Origin: Gekko japonicus
Taxonomy: Eukaryota
NCBI RefSeq assembly: GCF_001447785.1
Contig: NW_015169783.1
Location: 1,197,502 to 1,261,501 of the forward strand
Direction of reading: 5' to 3'
Length of the DNA stretch: 64,000 nt
The notes beneath the pieces were generated by a model. That model was not told where the DNA came from. It saw nothing but the letters and a program-made list of their open reading frames with translations, and did not search any database. Below, piece after piece: positions 58,971 through 64,000 of this stretch. The position numbers and the translations under genes are program-made. The first letter of the stretch is position 1. Each line of letters starts with the position of its first letter.

Positions 58971-61900
58971 TATAATGTACTGGGTCCGATGCATGAGTTA
59001 GTGAATCAGCTCATAGTTTATTAGATAGGCAGGGAACAAGACAAAGTGGCCGGCTCGCAGGCTGGTTTATATTCCCAAGGTAAAACCACACCCCACGCAC
59101 ACCCAACACCCGTGGTAGGTTTATTTACAGTGCTAGCAAACCATAGGTTAACTCTAGGATCCTAGACTCCCGATTGGCAGGGGACTAGGATCCGACCGTC
59201 TATTGTCTGTAAGAGCGAAGCTCAAGCTCTTTGCATGACCACGTCTTGCACGCGGTCGGCTAGGACACAACACCCCTCTCCCCAAAGTCCAGAGCACACC
59301 GACACACATAGTCCTGTAGATAGGTCAGTGGCCTTCTCACTCGGGAGGAGCAGCGAAGCTCAGGTGTTACTGGAGCCGGGGGCTGTTTGTGGTGCTGTGC
59401 CAGTGGTGGAGGCGGCAGTGGTGCGGCTGTTTCCATGCTCTCCCCTGCTGTTGCTGGGCTGTTGGTCTTTCGCTGGGGGCCCTGTCGCTTCCGGGAGCAG
59501 CACCGTTAGGGCAGCTTCTTCTGTTGCCTGTGGGGGAGCGTACTCGAAGTCACCCTCCTCTAGATCTATGGGCAGCACTTGGGGGCACAGCTAGTCGATG
59601 TACCGCCGCCAGAGTTGTCCGTCTTCACACGAGACTTCATACGACAGGGGCCCCGTGTCTGACAACTCTAGCGGGGATCCATACGGGGGCCCGGGCATAG
59701 TTCCGGACGTATCCCGGGTCTTTGGGGAAGAACCTCCCCGGGGTGCCACTTGTTCCTCTGGGCCCGTGTCGTGATCCGGGGCCCTGTCCGGATGGAGGCG
59801 ATCCAGCCTGGTCATTAAGCGCCTGCCCAGCAGGAGCTCGGCTGGGCTGCAGTCGGTCATGCTGTGCGGCGTGGTGCTGGGGGCTAGTTTGTAGTTGCAG
59901 TCCCCGGAGTCCATGCACCGCAGCACCTCCTTGGTCATCCTCACCATCCTCTCTGCTTGGCCATTGGTTGCCAGGTGAAACAGGGCCAAGCGGATGTGCT
60001 TGATCCCATAGTACTCCGTGAACTCCTTGAACTTGGCCAAGGTGAAAGCCGAGCCATTATCCGTGACCAAGGAGTCGGGAATGCCTTGGGCACTGAATAT
60101 CTGCCACATGGCCTGGATGGCGGATCGGGAGGAGGTGGAGGGCACTGGGACCACCTCGAGCCATTTGCTGTAAGAGTCTACAAGAATAAAAAACAGCTGG
60201 CCTTGGAAGGGGCCCGCAATGTCTAGGTGTAGTCTGACCCAGGGTTTGTGCGACGATTCCCAAGGGTGCACTGGAGTGTGGGGTGGTGCTGGGTGAGTCG
60301 CCTGGCACGTCTGGCAGCGTTTCACAGTGTCCTCGATATCTCAGTCAATCCCTGGCCACCACACATCCAGACGACCCTGGGATGTGTTTCGTGGAGGGCG
60401 GCAAGAACCCGGTCCTGCAAGGGGGCAGGAATCACCACCCGACCACCTCGCAGTATACACCCCTTGTGACTTGACAGCTTCCGAGAGGCGAACGCCGCAA
60501 AGTCTGCCCCCCCAGGCCCATGGGCCACCCCCTCCCCACCCAGTCCAAGACCCGAGTGAGGACGCGATCCCAGCCCGTGAGGCAGGCCACCTCCACCACC
60601 TGAACCAGCCTGTCCGGAAGGGCCTCCAGAAGGGCAACGTGATGGGCTGGGGCAGGGGCAGGATCAGAGGAGGGAAGCGGGAGGCGGCTCAGCGTGTTGG
60701 CATGGCCCATCGCCTTGCCGGGGCAGTGGACAAGCACATACAAGTACCCAGCCAAGAAAATAGACCAGCTGAGCACCTGGAGCGACAACATGTGCGGGGT
60801 CAGGCATTCGGGAGCCAGGAGCCTCAAGAGTGGCTTATGGTCGGTGATGATCGTGAAGGGCCGGCCATACAAATAATTGTGAAATTTCTTGACCCCCACC
60901 ACAATTGCCAGGCCCTCCTAGTCAATCTGAGTGTAGTTGCGCTCAGCTGGCGACAAGGTCTGTGAATAGTAAACCACCGGGACCTCGTGGCCATCTGCCA
61001 AGCGGTGTCCCAGAACCACCCCCACCCCGTAGGGAGAAGCATCATACGCTAACACCACTGGAAGCTTTTCATCGAAATGGGCGAGCACCTCTGTGGCGAT
61101 TCCTTGTTTTATATGTGTGTGTGTCTCTTTAAAAGTTTGGTTGCATGGTAAATAGACTAGAATGGTTGAAAGAGGCAAGTGTGATGTGACTGGTGATTGA
61201 CAGAGAGGGGGAGGGGTTTTGGAAGTGGTTCCGAGTGGATGAATATGTATGTCTGTCGGGAGTGACAGTTACAGGTTTGACAGTTGATAAAGACAGTTGA
61301 TAGTTCGTTCTGAGGTCTGTGTGAGAAGCAGTCTTGTGTGTGATATAAGAGTTAAGTTCTATGTATGAAGGAAAGTGACAAGCAGTTCTGTGTTGTGGCA
61401 GATAAAAAAGGAACAACTGCAGTTGTTCACCAAAAAGGGAGAGAGAAAACAGAAAAGTTGAATGTCTAGGAAACAGTAAAGAGTTACAAAGTTACCTGAA
61501 AGATCCCTGTCAGTAAGGGAGCAGATCTTGTGTGACACACCAAGCAATTGTTGAAAATATTCACATTACTGGTTACATTGTTCTACCCTTTTATTTATGA
61601 ATTATTTCAATAAATCCTCTTTTATTTAAGTATACCAGCTCGGAAAGAAATACTTCCTCAGTACCACATAGTTCCCCATAAGCCTTACACTCGACCTACC
61701 TACCCAGTAATAGCAAAAGTAAAGTATAAAGGTTTGGAAAGCCTTAAATTTCCTGGTGGCAGCCAGATATACCCTAGTAGAACAAAATAAAGAACACTTT
61801 TAAAGGGAAACCAGTCCTCCCCAGATAAGGGGTCGTCACAACCGCATTCGAAGTCAAGAGTCCTTTAACCGCCCTGAAAGCGGTGTTGTGTGTGGCGTCC

Positions 61901-64000
61901 CAAATCCAAGGGGCGCACTTGTCCAGCAAACTGTAGAGCGGCTCCGCCACCACCACCTTGTGAGGTAAGAAAGAATGATAAAAGATCAGCAGGCCTAAGA
62001 AGGCCTGCAGCTCAGACTTTGAAGTGGGGGCGGGCGCCTGGACAATGGTGCAAATCTTCTCATCCGTAGGATGGATGCCCTGGGCGTCGACAGCAAAACC
62101 CAAGAATTCCACCTGCGGGACCCCAAGGAGGCACTTTCCCCTCTTGACCCAGAGACCGGCAGAATCGAACCGCTGCAGCACCGCCCGGAGCCGGCTGGCT
62201 AAGGTCTCAGTGTCCGGTGCCGCAATCGAGACATCATTTAGAAAGGGCTGGACTCCAGGAATGACATTCAAGAGAGAATCCATAAAACTCTGAAAAACCC
62301 CAGGCGCCACGCTCACCCCAAACTGTAACCTGTGCACCTTAAACGCCCCCTTGTGGGTGACTATCGTCTGTGCCCCTGTCGAAGCCATGTCCACCGGCAG
62401 CTGCTGATAGGCCTGGGCCAAGTCCAGCTTCCCAAAGATCTTCGCCCTCGCTAGGATGGCCAAGACATGGGCAACCACCGGCACAGGGTAAGCATGTGCC
62501 TGAAGTGCCTTATTGAGGGTGCACTTATAGTCAGCACAGATCTGCACGTCCCCATTGGGCTTAACCGGGGTCACAATTGGTATTTCCCACCTTGTATGGG
62601 CGACTGGTTCCAGCACCCCCTGCCCGAGGTGCTCCAGCTCCGCCTCGATCTTCGGCTTCATTGCCAAAGGCGGGTGACGGGCCTTCAGGCGGATAGGCCA
62701 CACTGCCGGATCGAGGTTGAATGTGACGGGGGGACCGGAGTAGCGGCCAAGCGAGCCATCAAAAACCCTGGGGAACTCATCGCAAATCGTGGTGAAGTTA
62801 TGTGCCGTGACCCGGTGCACCCTCGTTACCTCAAACCCCAGTGGCCCAAACCAGGAAAGTCCCATCAAACGTGTGACCCTACCCTCCACCACCAGAAAGT
62901 CAAGGAGCCCCTTGAAATCCTTATGTTTCACCCTGAACTTGCCCCAGCCCTTAATGGCCACTGGTTCTTTTAAAAGTCCCATAGCAACAGTCCCTGGGGC
63001 TTCTGCAGGCGGGGTCCCGCATTAGGGCAAAGCCAACGGAGGGTGTCCACAGAAATAACAGAAAAGGACGACCCAGTGTCTAGTTCCATACGGCATGGGG
63101 ACCCCTCAATGAGCACCGTAGTGTGCAACTTATTAGGGCTGTCAGGGGGCAAGTTCAGTACCTGGTGGTGGTGGGCCGACAGGGTGTGAAGATCTGATGA
63201 CTCCTGATGGACCGATGTCGTCTTGCGGTCTCCTCGGGACCGGCAGACCTGAGTGATGTGCTCCTGCTTCCCACAGGAGCGTCAGACGGCGTCCCTCAGG
63301 CGGCAGGTCCAGCATTCGTGCTCCTCACCACAGCTGGCACAGGATGCAGTGGTCTTCTCGGAAGTTGGGGCTGTTGAAGCTTGGGAGCATGGGGCGCAGT
63401 GAGAGGGCTGGAGAACTTCCTCCTCGTCGGAGACATCGGGGCTCCGGGTCACCGTGGTGTGGTGAATTGCCTGGCCGATCACACCTTTGTGTGCTTTCTC
63501 GTAGGCCATTGCATCCTTTAGCACCTGGTCGAGTGTCAAGTCCTCGTGGCTGGCGAGCTTGCGATGCAGTTTCGGCTCTCAAAGTCCCACGAGGAACTGG
63601 TCGAACAGAGAGTCGTTGAGACTCGGAAACACATATCGGGTGGCCACTCGGCGAAGGCCCGCCAGGAAGTCAGCGGCTGGCTCGTCCGGGCCCTGGACTT
63701 GTGCATAGAAGTCCAGGCGTTCCGCAAACTTCGTGGGCTTGGGCGCAAAGTGATCACTCAGTGCCTTCTTTAGTACATCGAAGGTCTCCTCTTTCGTTTT
63801 CAGGGAGATCAGGTCTTTCAGCAGCCTCAACATGTCGATGCCACAAGCGCTGATCAGGAGGGCCTTTTTTCGGTTGTCTTCCGTCACCACATGGAATTCC
63901 AGGTAGCCTTCCAGGTATTTGAGCCAGCTCACCCACTGCTCAGGGTGGGTGATATCAAACTCGGGAAGGTTACCCTGTGCGGTGGCCATTTTGCGAAGTC
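58971..64000 (-). mobile_element. Decayed Gypsy LTR retrotransposon (Mag-like), 5'LTR outside window
   Basis: gag ATG 63989; protease LDTGS (~63080); RT ORF 61774-62982; RNase H 60800-61090; integrase ORF 59591-60325; PPT then 3'LTR 59272-58971 (TGTTGTG...CAGTACATTATA). Confidence 0.95.
61092..61840 (+). mobile_element. Solo LTR (second family) nested in the Gypsy pol
   Basis: TGTGGCGA...TCGTCACA termini; 5-bp TSD acctc/accgc; AATAAA ~61609; removing it restores pol LLTSNAV-LAHFDEK. Confidence 0.88.

Noticed and set aside
61774-62982. 402-aa RT ORF as a possible domesticated Gypsy gene
   Set aside because: Catalytic YxDD is degenerate (FLND), the ORF ends inside a nested solo LTR, and neighbouring gag and integrase are broken.

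Overview
Eukaryotic vertebrate genomic DNA, most likely a squamate reptile and probably a gecko (inferred from Squam3-type SINEs, RTE-BovB, CR1 and Penelope repeats). It corresponds to the conserved RELA-KAT5-RNASEH2C-AP5B1 block (human 11q13 order). Contents: a probable RELA first exon (minus strand, ~21.1 kb) whose next exon I could not find in the window; a complete 14-exon KAT5/Tip60 gene (plus strand, 26992-37520, 523 aa); a complete 4-exon RNASEH2C (minus strand, 38879-41571, 145 aa); and AP5B1 (minus strand, 47956-54011), whose large last exon has a single frameshift near 49885. The rest is mostly mobile DNA: two decayed Mag-like Gypsy LTR retrotransposons plus a solo LTR, whose three complete LTRs all end TG...TA; two solo LTRs of a second family, one nested in a Gypsy pol; a full-length RTE-BovB LINE with target-site duplication; Penelope-like remnants with minimal hammerhead ribozyme motifs; several hAT MITE families with perfect 8-bp TSDs; Squam3 SINEs; and CR1/L2 fragments. 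Most ORFs in the six-frame track are spurious. No prokaryotic systems or CRISPR arrays are present. Comparisons with human proteins are from memory and need database confirmation.
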